From positions 4,434 to 68,433 of the forward strand of contig CAYRBR010000002.1 in NCBI GenBank assembly GCA_964422555.1: a stretch of 64,000 nucleotides of DNA, read 5' to 3'. The notes under the pieces were generated by a model, which had not been told where the DNA came from, made no database searches, and worked only from the letters and a program-made list of their open reading frames with translations. Source of the DNA: an uncultured Caldisericota bacterium. GTDB taxonomy: Bacteria; Caldisericota; Caldisericia; UBA6126. This document shows, piece after piece, positions 46,943 to 57,000 of the stretch (positions within the stretch are counted from its first letter, which is position 1; every line of letters begins with the position of its first letter). The position numbers were made by a program, and so were the translations under genes.

Positions 46943-47542
46943 ATGTTTAAGAAAAAAAAGCAACACAACGATAAACAAAGTACAGATGGCTACTACATAG
47001 AGAACATAAATAATGATTATGCAGAATTAGCAATTGAGCTGAAAGATACTATTGAAGCCAACAATTCGCTTGTGCAGGAAATGAATCATATTCGTTTTAG
47101 TGCAAGAAGAGATAGAGAAAATGAAAAATGTTCACTGATTGCAAAAATATCGTCGCATTTACTCCAGGTTCAGGATAATCTTGAAAGAATTTATAAAGCT
47201 TCCGAAAACAGTAGCAATATCGAGTCCATTCACAAAGGTATAGAAATGGTTATAAAAGAACTGGATAAATCAATTATCGAAATGAATCTAAGTAAAATTG
47301 ATTGTATAGGAAAACCTTTTAATCCCTTGAATCAGGAAATAGGAGGAATGACCTCATTGCATGATTTTGAAGATGATGTTGTTGTTGACGTTCTTCGATC
47401 AGGCTATGAATTCGATGGAAAAGTAATTCGACCCTCTCTTGTTGTTGTAAACAAAAAACCTTTGCAAAAAAATGACAAGGATGGGAATAATAGTACTACA
47501 GAAAAAGAAACTCTACAGGAGGATAATATATGTCAAAAATAA
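46943..47542 (+). CDS. grpE: Nucleotide exchange factor GrpE
   Basis: RBS AAGAGGAG. Coiled-coil N-region followed by a C-terminal beta-domain. Overlaps the dnaK start. Confidence 0.8.
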   Translation: MFKKKKQHNDKQSTDGYYIENINNDYAELAIELKDTIEANNSLVQEMNHIRFSARRDRENEKCSLIAKISSHLLQVQDNLERIYKASENSSNIESIHKGIEMVIKELDKSIIEMNLSKIDCIGKPFNPLNQEIGGMTSLHDFEDDVVVDVLRSGYEFDGKVIRPSLVVVNKKPLQKNDKDGNNSTTEKETLQEDNICQK

Positions 47543-49383
47543 TCGGAATTGATTTAGGTACTTCTAATTCTGCAGCTGCAGTAATGATAGGAGGAAAACC
47601 AACTATCATCCCAGCCGCTGAAGGTACTAGCGTTGGAGGAAAAACGACTCCATCGTATGTTTGTTTTACTAAAGATGGACAAATGCTAGTTGGTGAACCC
47701 GCCAGAAGGCAGGCAGCATTAAATCCAGACGGCACAATCTCTAGTGTTAAAAGATTAATGGGGACGAAAGAAAAAGTTCATGTATTCGACAAAGAATACA
47801 CTCCTCAACAAATATCTGCTTTCATTTTACAAAAGATAAAGAAAGACGCTGAAGCTTACCTCGGAGAAGCAATCAGCAAAGCTGTAATTACAGTTCCAGC
47901 ATATTTCAACGATGATCAACGTCAAGCTACGAAAGATGCCGGTTCAATCGCGGGGTTAGAAGTAGTGAGACTTGTTAATGAACCAACTGCAGCTGCCTTT
48001 GCCTATGGATTAGAAAAATCTGATGAAAATATGAAAATTATGGTTGTGGATCTTGGTGGCGGAACACTCGATGTAACAATTATGGATTACGGTAGTGGTG
48101 TATTTGAAGTTTCCTCTACCTCTGGAGATACCCATCTCGGCGGAACCGACATGGACAAAGCTCTCTTTGATTTTGTATGTGGTGAGTTTAAAAAAGACTC
48201 CGGAATTGACCTTTCAAATGACAGATCCATTCACTATAGACTTTATGAAGCTGTTGAAAAGGCAAAAATTGAGTTATCTACTACACTTGAAACTGAAATT
48301 AATCTCCCATTTATCACAGTTGATTCCAATAATACACCTCAACATTTAAACATCAAGATAACACGTTCAAAACTTGAACAGCTTGTCAAACCTATTGTAG
48401 ATAAGATTAATACTCCAATGGAACAATCTCTTAACGATGCAGGACTGAATCCCACCAAAATTGATAAAATAATTTTAGTTGGTGGTCCAACCCGTATGCC
48501 TATAGTTCAAAAAGCGATTGAAGATTTTATGGGAAAGAAAATTGAACGAGGTATTGATCCAATGGAATGTGTTTCCATGGGCGCTGCGATCCAAGGTGGT
48601 ATCATCACAGGAGATGTAAAAAATGTTGTTTTAGTTGACGTTACACCTCTTTCGTTAGGTATTGAAACGTTGGGTGGTATCTGTACAAAAATGATTGATC
48701 GTAACTCACCGGTACCAACTTCGAAATCCCAGATCTTCTCCACAGCTGCTGATAATCAAAATAGCGTTGAAGTACATGTGTTACAGGGTGAACGAAGTAT
48801 GGCTTCCGATAATGTTTCTTTGGGTAAATTTATTTTGGACGGCATAGCTCCAGCTCCAAGAGGTGTTCCTCAGGTAGAAGTTACATTTGCTATTGACGCA
48901 AATGGTATACTGACTGTTACTGCTAAAGATAAAGCAACAAACAAAGAACAGCATATTACTATTACAAATGCAAACAAACTTTCAGATGAAGAAATTGAAA
49001 AAATGAAAAAGCAAGCTGATGAATTTGCAGAACAAGATAAAAAACGAGCTGAAGATATTGAAATCAGAAATAGAGCCGACTCACTAGTATACTCTGCCAG
49101 AAAAAGTCTCAAAGATCTAGAAGACAAAGCTGACAAAAATGATTTAGAAGAAGCAAATAAAAAGATCGACGATCTTGAAAAAGCTTTAAAAGATAACATG
49201 AATGGAGAAGAACTAAATAAACTTATGGACGAAGTTTCCCAAGCAATTAGTAAAGTGGGTGAAAAAATCTATCAGCAGGAACAAACTGCTAATGAAGCAT
49301 CCACCGAAGAATCTTCTAACAACACTTCAGATTCCAACGACTCAGGTAATGATTCTACCGAAGGTCAAGCTAAAGAAGTCTAA
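47530..49383 (+). CDS. dnaK: Hsp70 chaperone DnaK
   Basis: [32 protein letters not shown]. 617 aa. Confidence 0.95.
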   Translation: MSKIIGIDLGTSNSAAAVMIGGKPTIIPAAEGTSVGGKTTPSYVCFTKDGQMLVGEPARRQAALNPDGTISSVKRLMGTKEKVHVFDKEYTPQQISAFILQKIKKDAEAYLGEAISKAVITVPAYFNDDQRQATKDAGSIAGLEVVRLVNEPTAAAFAYGLEKSDENMKIMVVDLGGGTLDVTIMDYGSGVFEVSSTSGDTHLGGTDMDKALFDFVCGEFKKDSGIDLSNDRSIHYRLYEAVEKAKIELSTTLETEINLPFITVDSNNTPQHLNIKITRSKLEQLVKPIVDKINTPMEQSLNDAGLNPTKIDKIILVGGPTRMPIVQKAIEDFMGKKIERGIDPMECVSMGAAIQGGIITGDVKNVVLVDVTPLSLGIETLGGICTKMIDRNSPVPTSKSQIFSTAADNQNSVEVHVLQGERSMASDNVSLGKFILDGIAPAPRGVPQVEVTFAIDANGILTVTAKDKATNKEQHITITNANKLSDEEIEKMKKQADEFAEQDKKRAEDIEIRNRADSLVYSARKSLKDLEDKADKNDLEEANKKIDDLEKALKDNMNGEELNKLMDEVSQAISKVGEKIYQQEQTANEASTEESSNNTSDSNDSGNDSTEGQAKEV

Positions 49384-49406
49384 TCTAGAATTGAAGGTAA
49401 AGAGCA

Positions 49407-50528
49407 TTGGCTAAAAAAGATTTTTATAATGTTTTAGGGGTGGAGCGTGATGCCACCCCTGAACAAATTAAGGCTGCTTATAGAAAATTGGTCATGAAGT
49501 TTCATCCAGATGTCAACAAAGACTCTGATGCAACACAAAAAATGACTGAGATAAATGAAGCATATGATACTCTGAGTGATCCTAAAAAAAAACAGATGTA
49601 CGATATGTACGGAGAGGCCGGAGTAAACAATCAACAAGGTTTCGGCGGAGAAGGTTTTGGAAGAAATTCCAATATAAATATGAACGACTTCTTTCGTCAA
49701 TCTGGTTTTGGAGGAGGAACAGGAAGTATTTTCGATGATATTTTTAGTGCTTTCTCAGGCTCTTCAAGACAACAGAGTCGTACAAAACCAATGGGGCGTC
49801 CTGGATCTGATATACCCTTTAAAACAAGTTTAACCTACAAAGAAGTTTTACATGGGAAGAAACTTAAAATTGAACTAGATCGATTTGTACCCTGCGAAGA
49901 ATGTGGTGCAAGTGGAGCCAAGAAAGGGACTCATCCCGAAACCTGTTCCACTTGCAAAGGTTCTGGGTATGTTCAGCAACAGCAGCAGAGTTTTTTTGGT
50001 GTTGTGAACACGGTATCAGAATGTCCCACATGCGGGGGTACTGGTAAAGTAATTAAGGAAAAATGTGAAAAATGTAATGGTTTTGGTCGAATACGAAAAA
50101 AATCTACTATCGAATTGTCTATTCCCCCAAATATTCCTGAAGGAACAAAAATAAGGTATAGTAATTATGGTAATGCAGGGATTAATGGTGGAGCTATTGG
50201 TGATTTGATTGTAACAGTTCATTACAAGCACGATAAAAGGTTTAAGAAAGACGGAATAAACCTAATCTATGAACACAGCATCCCTTTTACGAAAGGAATA
50301 CTAGGAACCTCTTTTTCTGCCCCAACTATAGACAGCGCTGAAACTATTAAAGTTTTACCCGGAACTCAATCTGGGAAAGAAGTGGTTCTCAAAGGAAAAG
50401 GTTTGCCTAACAATCGAAGGCGGAAGGGCGATATTATCGTACGCATTTTAGTGGACATTCCGCCGATCAGTAAACTTTCAAAAAACCAGAAAAAGTATAT
50501 TCAAGAAATTGACAAAGATTTATCCTAG
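49407..50528 (+). CDS. dnaJ: Hsp40 co-chaperone DnaJ
   Basis: J-domain with HPD (KFHPDVNK). G/F-rich linker. Four CxxCxGxG zinc-finger repeats. Confidence 0.9.
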   Translation: MAKKDFYNVLGVERDATPEQIKAAYRKLVMKFHPDVNKDSDATQKMTEINEAYDTLSDPKKKQMYDMYGEAGVNNQQGFGGEGFGRNSNINMNDFFRQSGFGGGTGSIFDDIFSAFSGSSRQQSRTKPMGRPGSDIPFKTSLTYKEVLHGKKLKIELDRFVPCEECGASGAKKGTHPETCSTCKGSGYVQQQQQSFFGVVNTVSECPTCGGTGKVIKEKCEKCNGFGRIRKKSTIELSIPPNIPEGTKIRYSNYGNAGINGGAIGDLIVTVHYKHDKRFKKDGINLIYEHSIPFTKGILGTSFSAPTIDSAETIKVLPGTQSGKEVVLKGKGLPNNRRRKGDIIVRILVDIPPISKLSKNQKKYIQEIDKDLS

Positions 50529-50543
50529 CTAAAATAGAGTATC

Positions 50544-51386
50544 CTAGTTCATGATTTTTTCGGGATACTCTATTTTAAAATCATCCGAAATCGTTTTTAA
50601 CATGAACTGAATCATAAATCGATTGTCCATTTCGATACCAGAAATAAACATCCTACCTGCCAATACTTGATTTGTATTTGGTTGTGTGTATATGTACAGA
50701 TCTATATTCTGTATACCGTCTTCCCACTTACCTTTATAGATATGGACTACTTTGGAGCCGTAGCTTGCAACCAATGAAGGATCAATCTCATCGAGAAAAA
50801 CGATATCTCCATTGTCATTTAGATACATTTCTTCTTCTAATGAAAACTCTAGATTTTTTTCTTTTGGTATATAATGATTCATCACAGAAATTACTTTCCA
50901 TGGTTGAAGCCCGGTTTCAGGTAAATAGTCAACCTCTTTATAAAAAGAAGACTCAATTTCTTTACAGTACAGCTTCTCCTCGTAAAAAATCACTTCCAAA
51001 TACTCTTCAAGGTTCCCATCAAGATCATTCCAAATCTGTTTTAGATAGTAGTTACTATCAATGTCGGTTTGATACAATCCAAAAGTTTTCTTAGTTTTAA
51101 GGGTATAGGGATATTGTTCTCTTTTTAAATAACGAAAAGAATAGGGTTCAACAGGTTTTTCAAGTTCCTCCATTAAAGAATTTAGTAATTCTTTAGCTTT
51201 AAATGAAAGAATGGTAATCCCGTCGGTTGTTTTATTAGGAAAAAGGTCAATTGATTCAAATTCAACTCTTTCAATATCTTTTTGAACAGGTTTTACTTCA
51301 TTCTTTTCTTTATACTCAGACCAAAAAAAGTAACCCATCGCCAGCACAAGGATAACAATCAAAAAAACAGTCAAACGCTTTGACAT
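50544..51386 (-). CDS. Hypothetical membrane-anchored protein (N-terminal TM plus ~250-aa extracytoplasmic domain)
   Basis: Single N-terminal hydrophobic helix LTVFLIVILVLAMGYFFW. No recognisable motifs. Starts 3 nt after the upstream gene. Confidence 0.5.
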   Translation of the reverse strand: MSKRLTVFLIVILVLAMGYFFWSEYKEKNEVKPVQKDIERVEFESIDLFPNKTTDGITILSFKAKELLNSLMEELEKPVEPYSFRYLKREQYPYTLKTKKTFGLYQTDIDSNYYLKQIWNDLDGNLEEYLEVIFYEEKLYCKEIESSFYKEVDYLPETGLQPWKVISVMNHYIPKEKNLEFSLEEEMYLNDNGDIVFLDEIDPSLVASYGSKVVHIYKGKWEDGIQNIDLYIYTQPNTNQVLAGRMFISGIEMDNRFMIQFMLKTISDDFKIEYPEKIMN

Positions 51387-51389
51387 AGT

Positions 51390-52682
51390 TTACCTTTCTA
51401 CTTTAGTATCTATAGAAAATGAGATTGGTTTGTTAACAGAAGAAATTTGGAAAATCTGAACCAACTCTGATTGATTGGATCTTCTTTCAGATACAATTCC
51501 AGCTACTAGAATTTCATCATTAGAAACAAACAAAAGAGCTTCCATGTCTGTTTTTTCTTTCCATCGAAGATGAACCAAATTTACGGTTTCAATAAGATTA
51601 ATATAGTCTGCATATGAAACAAGTTTGCACTCTCCGATATGATCAATTTCCTTAATAATCCAGGGTTCAATCCTTCCAACAAGGTTGTTCAATACTCTTT
51701 GAGGAGGTTGAATCATCTCAATTGTTGCTGAATTTTCATCAACTCTTATCCAACCAGTTCCAGGTGAGCCATGGTAATATATAGTACCATCTAGAAAATA
51801 GATGTCCCTTTGTTCATTGGTGAATCCTTTCTCATCATCTTGAACGAACTTGTAATGTACATCGTTTTGGGAATTTCTCTCATATAGAGTATATACAGTC
51901 GAAACCTTCGAATCATTTTGAATAGAAATGGTTGTATACCGAAAAGAATACGATGTAAATTTACTATATTTATTAAGGATATCATCAATATAGAGTAAAT
52001 AAAGATCTTTTTCGTTGATTATATCTTTGAGAACGATAGAAGAATATCCCGTTTGATTTGTAGGCTTATCCATTGTTAAGAAGTCCATTAATTCTCTACA
52101 ATTCTTTATCTTACACAATTTCCACCGAGTATCATCTTTCAGAAATACTAGGTCTAAGCTTGCTATAACTTCGTTTGATAAAAGCTGATAAATAGGTAAC
52201 TTTACTATCGCTTCATTTTTGGTCAGTTTTGATACAAAAACAGGAATTCTATTTTCAAAATATAGATCTTTGTTTTGACATAATTGTTTCAAGCTATTGT
52301 TGCTGCTATCTTCTGAAAGCATACAGTCTCCATACTCAACAATATCAGAAATACATTTTTCTATGTACAGATTCAAAGCATCATCATTCGTTTTGTTAAA
52401 ATAATCATGCATCTCTATTTTTTCAGACAGAAATACCAAATCCGATGTTTCATATGCAATTGACTTTGCGCACGCTCTAACATCGCAGTATTCCATGAAA
52501 GAGTTCAGATTTCCATTTAAAAGACTTTTATTTATTTTTAACAGTACGGGATAAGGGGAAGTAAAAAACAAAAAAATGCCATAACTAACCAATACAATCC
52601 CAACCACTATACAACTCAAAACCAAACATCTTTTACTTTTGATACTCATAAACTTCTCTAATAACTTTTGTTTTTCATACAT
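51390..52682 (-). CDS. Hypothetical membrane-anchored protein (430 aa)
   Basis: N-terminal signal-anchor CLVLSCIVVGIVLVSYGIFLFF. No recognisable catalytic motifs. Co-directional with and adjacent to the 280-aa gene. Confidence 0.5.
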   Translation of the reverse strand: MYEKQKLLEKFMSIKSKRCLVLSCIVVGIVLVSYGIFLFFTSPYPVLLKINKSLLNGNLNSFMEYCDVRACAKSIAYETSDLVFLSEKIEMHDYFNKTNDDALNLYIEKCISDIVEYGDCMLSEDSSNNSLKQLCQNKDLYFENRIPVFVSKLTKNEAIVKLPIYQLLSNEVIASLDLVFLKDDTRWKLCKIKNCRELMDFLTMDKPTNQTGYSSIVLKDIINEKDLYLLYIDDILNKYSKFTSYSFRYTTISIQNDSKVSTVYTLYERNSQNDVHYKFVQDDEKGFTNEQRDIYFLDGTIYYHGSPGTGWIRVDENSATIEMIQPPQRVLNNLVGRIEPWIIKEIDHIGECKLVSYADYINLIETVNLVHLRWKEKTDMEALLFVSNDEILVAGIVSERRSNQSELVQIFQISSVNKPISFSIDTKVER

Positions 52683-52700
52683 TATAAGTAAAATTTTAAC

Positions 52701-53174
52701 ATGAATCTATATTTTGGTTATAGCGAAGAAATGAATCCAATCTTTATGAATCATCTTGCCGAATCGGCAGTTTTTTTTGGTGTTGGGAAGCTCAAAGATT
52801 ATCGGTTTGTAATCAATAAAATGGGAAAAGCTACAGTTGAATACTCTCCTCAATCTTACACGTATGGTATTGTTTGGAACATATCAGAAGAAGATTTTTT
52901 TCATATAGAAAAATTTAGACAAACATCTTCTTCCATCGATCAATGTGTAGTCAAAACACCCATCACGATTCTTCGTAACCCACAGAATGAAAGACTATCG
53001 TATAGGGTTAAACATAACAGAATAAGCTCTGATGTAGATTGTTCTTTATTCAAGGATTCAGTCCATACAATCGGAAACGCTTCAGAAGATTACATACGTG
53101 ATATCACTTTTTCTTTGAGTCAATTTGGAATACCTCAAGAGTATCTACAAGAGATTCGTTTTTGGTCTTTATAA
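52701..53174 (+). CDS. Gamma-glutamyl cyclotransferase-like (GGCT/AIG2 fold) protein
   Basis: N-terminal LYFGYSEEMN resembles the GGCT hhYFAYGSNh motif. 157 aa with an acidic residue in WNISEEDFFHIEKF. Confidence 0.5.
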   Translation: MNLYFGYSEEMNPIFMNHLAESAVFFGVGKLKDYRFVINKMGKATVEYSPQSYTYGIVWNISEEDFFHIEKFRQTSSSIDQCVVKTPITILRNPQNERLSYRVKHNRISSDVDCSLFKDSVHTIGNASEDYIRDITFSLSQFGIPQEYLQEIRFWSL

Positions 53175-53196
53175 ATTTATTTTTTTAGGAGGTTTT

Positions 53197-54027
53197 ATGA
53201 AACCAGCAATTAGAAAATGGGTAAATTTTTTCGTTTTTATTCTCACATTACTTGTTAATTGGGCTGCTTCTAGTTCATTCTTTAACAATACGAGTATGTC
53301 TGAAGCTGCAGCACGCTACGAAGTCTGGATAATACCATCTGGATTTACGTTTGGAATATGGTCAATCATCTATTTGTTTCTTATATGCTTTGTGTTTTTC
53401 CAACTAAATACTCGTAATAGTAAATCAAACCATATAACTTTAATCGGTAATTATTTTATTTACAGCTGCATTCTCAATGCTCTTTGGCTTATAACCTACC
53501 AATATAATCTTATATGGCTTTCACTGATTATAATGATCGCTCTATTAATGGTTTTGGTTAGGATTTATACAAATATTCGTAAGGATCATAAGTTTACTAG
53601 TCAAGAAAACTGGTTTATTAAATTTCCGTTTTCTCTTTATACAACCTGGATTACATTAGCTACTATATTAAACATTTCTTCTTTTCTGCAACAAATGATC
53701 GTTGAATACAATTGGAGTTTTATTAACATATTTCCAACTCAAGTGTGGAGTTTAATTGTAATCACTGTGGCACTTTTTCTTGCACTCATGTTTCTATGGT
53801 ATAAAAAAGATCCCGTATCCTCACTTGTTTTCATCTGGGCACTCATTGGTATTTCTCATAAAAATTATGTTTGGGCAAATGCCAAAACAACTATAAATGG
53901 TGTAACTGTTTTAGGTATTAATCATCTGCTAATTGTAGTCTATTCATTAGCAGGTATTGCAATTATAGTTTCTGCTCTTGCTAAATACTGGATTGTAAAC
54001 AAGGAAAAAAGAAAAAATCTATACTAA
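53197..54027 (+). CDS. Trp-rich polytopic membrane protein, TspO/MBR-like (tentative)
   Basis: ATG at 53197 lies 4 nt after AGGAGG; the ORF track start at 53125 overlaps the previous gene. Motif PSGFTFGIWSIIYLFL resembles the TspO P-x-W-x-F-x-x-VW-x-x-LY. Many Trp and about 7 TM helices. Confidence 0.4.
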   Translation: MKPAIRKWVNFFVFILTLLVNWAASSSFFNNTSMSEAAARYEVWIIPSGFTFGIWSIIYLFLICFVFFQLNTRNSKSNHITLIGNYFIYSCILNALWLITYQYNLIWLSLIIMIALLMVLVRIYTNIRKDHKFTSQENWFIKFPFSLYTTWITLATILNISSFLQQMIVEYNWSFINIFPTQVWSLIVITVALFLALMFLWYKKDPVSSLVFIWALIGISHKNYVWANAKTTINGVTVLGINHLLIVVYSLAGIAIIVSALAKYWIVNKEKRKNLY

Positions 54028-54037
54028 AAAGCAAATC

Positions 54038-54081
54038 AAAAAAAAAGGGGGGGCTGAATATTCAGCCCCCCCTTTTTTTTT
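54038..54081. terminator. Bidirectional Rho-independent terminator (A9, then the perfect palindrome G7CTGAATATTCAGC7, then T10)
   Basis: Perfect 26-nt GC-rich palindrome flanked by complementary A and T runs. Sits exactly between the convergent TspO-like (+) and PFOR (-) genes. Confidence 0.85.
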
Positions 54082-54094
54082 GATTTTTATCTAA

Positions 54095-57000
54095 TTAAAC
54101 AACAGATCCCTCAGCCATTTTTCTGTAGGTTTCATATCGTTCTTTAGCATCTTCTTCAGCTTTATCAAATAAATCTTGTGCAATTTCAGGAAAAGATTTT
54201 TCTAGAGAAGTATATCGTACTTCACTCTTAATAAATTCCTGGAAAGAAGCGGTAGGTTCTTTCGAATCAAGAATAAATGGATTCTTTCCTTCTTCCTTTA
54301 ACGTTGGATTAAATCGATAAAGATGCCAGTAACCAGCTTCAACAGCACGTTTTTCTTGTTCCTGGGACTTACCCATTCCAAGCTTCAACCCGTGGTTGAT
54401 ACATGGCGAATACGCAATAATTAAAGATGGACCTGGATAAGCTTCTGCTTCAGACATCGCTTTCATAAGTTGATTCTTGTTTGCCCCCATAGCAACTTGG
54501 GCTACATATACATAGCCATAGGACATCAACATTCTTCCCAAATCTTTTTTCTTAGTTCTTTTACCAGCCGCAGCAAATTTAGCTACAGCAGCTTCAGGAG
54601 TAGACTTGGACGACTGTCCACCTGTATTAGAGTATACTTCAGTATCAAACACCAGTATGTTTATATCTCTACCAGATGCCAAAACATGGTCTAGGCCACC
54701 ATAACCAATATCATAGGACCATCCGTCTCCACCCCAAGACCATACAGAACGTTTTACAAGATAGTCTTTGCGTTGAGAAATCTGATCCATAATCTCTCCA
54801 ACTCTTCCTTGGAAAGATGAACCTAACAACTTAAGAATTTCCATCGAATAAAGCTTCGATTCTTTTGCTATCTCTTTATTCTGAATCCAATTCTCAAATA
54901 CACTCTTCATTTCAGGATCAATGTCAAGAGTTATTAACTCTTCCATTAATACTTTTAAACGGTTTCGTATTTGATCTACTGCAAGTAACATACCGAAACC
55001 ATACTCAGCATTATCTTCAAACAAAGAATTAGCCCAAGCAGGTCCTTTTCCATTTGCATTTTTACAGAATGGGATAGAAGGAGCACTAGCTCCCCAAATT
55101 GAAGAACAACCTGTTGCGTTTGCAATTAACATTCTATCGCCAAACAGCTGGGTTGCCAACTTAGCATAGGGTGTTTCACCACAACCAGCACAAGCTCCAG
55201 AAAACTCAAACAACGGTTTTACAAATTGAGAACCTTTGACAGTATGAATATTTACTTCATCAAGTTTTTCAGAAACAGATTCTACAGCCCAATTAAAGTT
55301 CTCTTGTTCGCTTAATTGTGTGTCAAGTGGTTTCATTGTAAGAGCTTTATCTTTCGCAGGACAGATATCTGCACAGTTTCCACAGCCGGTACAGTCAAGA
55401 GGGTCAATTTGGATAACAAACTGATATTTATCCAAGCCTTTTCCTTTACCAGGAATAGTTCTAAAACCATCAGGCGATTGACTTGATTCTTTTTCATCTA
55501 ACAAGAAAGGTCTGATTGCAGCATGTGGACAAACAAATGCACACTGATTACATTGGATACAGTTTTCTGGAATCCAATGTGGAACATTAATTGCTATTCC
55601 TCTTTTTTCATATGCACTTGTGCCTGATGGAAATTCACCGTTTTCTCTAGTCGTGAAAGCACTTACAGGTAGGTTATCTCCTTTTTGGAGATTCATTGGT
55701 TCAAGTATGTTTTTAATGAAAGCAGGAACATCGTCATTGTTAGATGATTTTTCATCGTCAACAGATAGTGAAGACCATTCAGAAGGGATTTCAATCTGTT
55801 TTATATCTTCTATTCCTTTGTCAACAGCAGCATAATTCATATTTACAATCTTCTCTCCTTTTTTCCCATAAGTATCTTTAATGGCTTTTTTAAGGAGTTC
55901 GATCGCCTTTTCTAATGGTAACACACCAGATAATTTGAAGAATACAGCCTGCATTATCATGTTGATTCTGTTGCCTAATCCAATTTCTTCGGCAATTTTC
56001 GTTGCATTAATTGTGTAAAATTTAATGTTGTTCTTGGCTAAATGACATTTCACTGAAGAAGGCAACATATCACTCAGTTCAGATTCATCCCATTTACAAT
56101 TTAATACAAATATACCTTCTTTTTTTAATCCTTCTAAAACATCATAGTGACCAATATAGGATTGATTGTGACATGCAATATAATCTGCTTCGTGAATAAG
56201 ATAAGTTGATTTAATAGGTTTATCACCAAAACGTAAATGAGATACCGTTACTCCACCTGATTTTTTTGAATCATATGCAAAGTAACCCTGAGCATACATG
56301 TCAGTATTATCACCTATAATTTTAATTGCATTCTTATTAGCACCAACTGTTCCATCAGAACCCAATCCCCAGAATTTACAACGGATTGTACCTTTTGGAG
56401 CAGTTACAATACGTTCAGTTTCGACCAAGGAGGTATTTGTTACATCATCGTCAATACCAATCGTAAATTGGTTCTTCGGAGTATCTAGCTTAAGATTATC
56501 AAATACAGCCTTAATTTGGGAGGGAGTTGTATCTTTAGAACCCAACCCATATCTACCACCAACAATAATTGGTGCATGTTCATTGCGATAGAATACGTTT
56601 CTTATATCCAGATATAGTGGTTCCCCATTTGATCCAGCTTCCTTTGTCCGGTCAAGAACAGCAATTTTCTTAACTGTTTTAGGAAGGGCAGACAAAAAAT
56701 GTTTTGCACTAAAAGGTCTATAAAGACGAACTTTGATAAGTCCCACTTTTTCCCCTTTAGATAGCAAATAATCAACTGTTTCTTCCATTGTTTCAGTCGC
56801 TGATCCCATTGCTATAATAACTCTTTCAGCATCAGGATCACCGTAATAGTCAAACAAATGGTACGAACGTCCTGTAATCTTTGATACTTTTTCCATATTC
56901 TTTTCCACAATTTCGGGTAAAGCATCATAGAATAAATTAGCAGATTCTTTAGCTTGGAAATATATATCAGGATTTTGTGCAGTACCCATAATTTTCGGAT

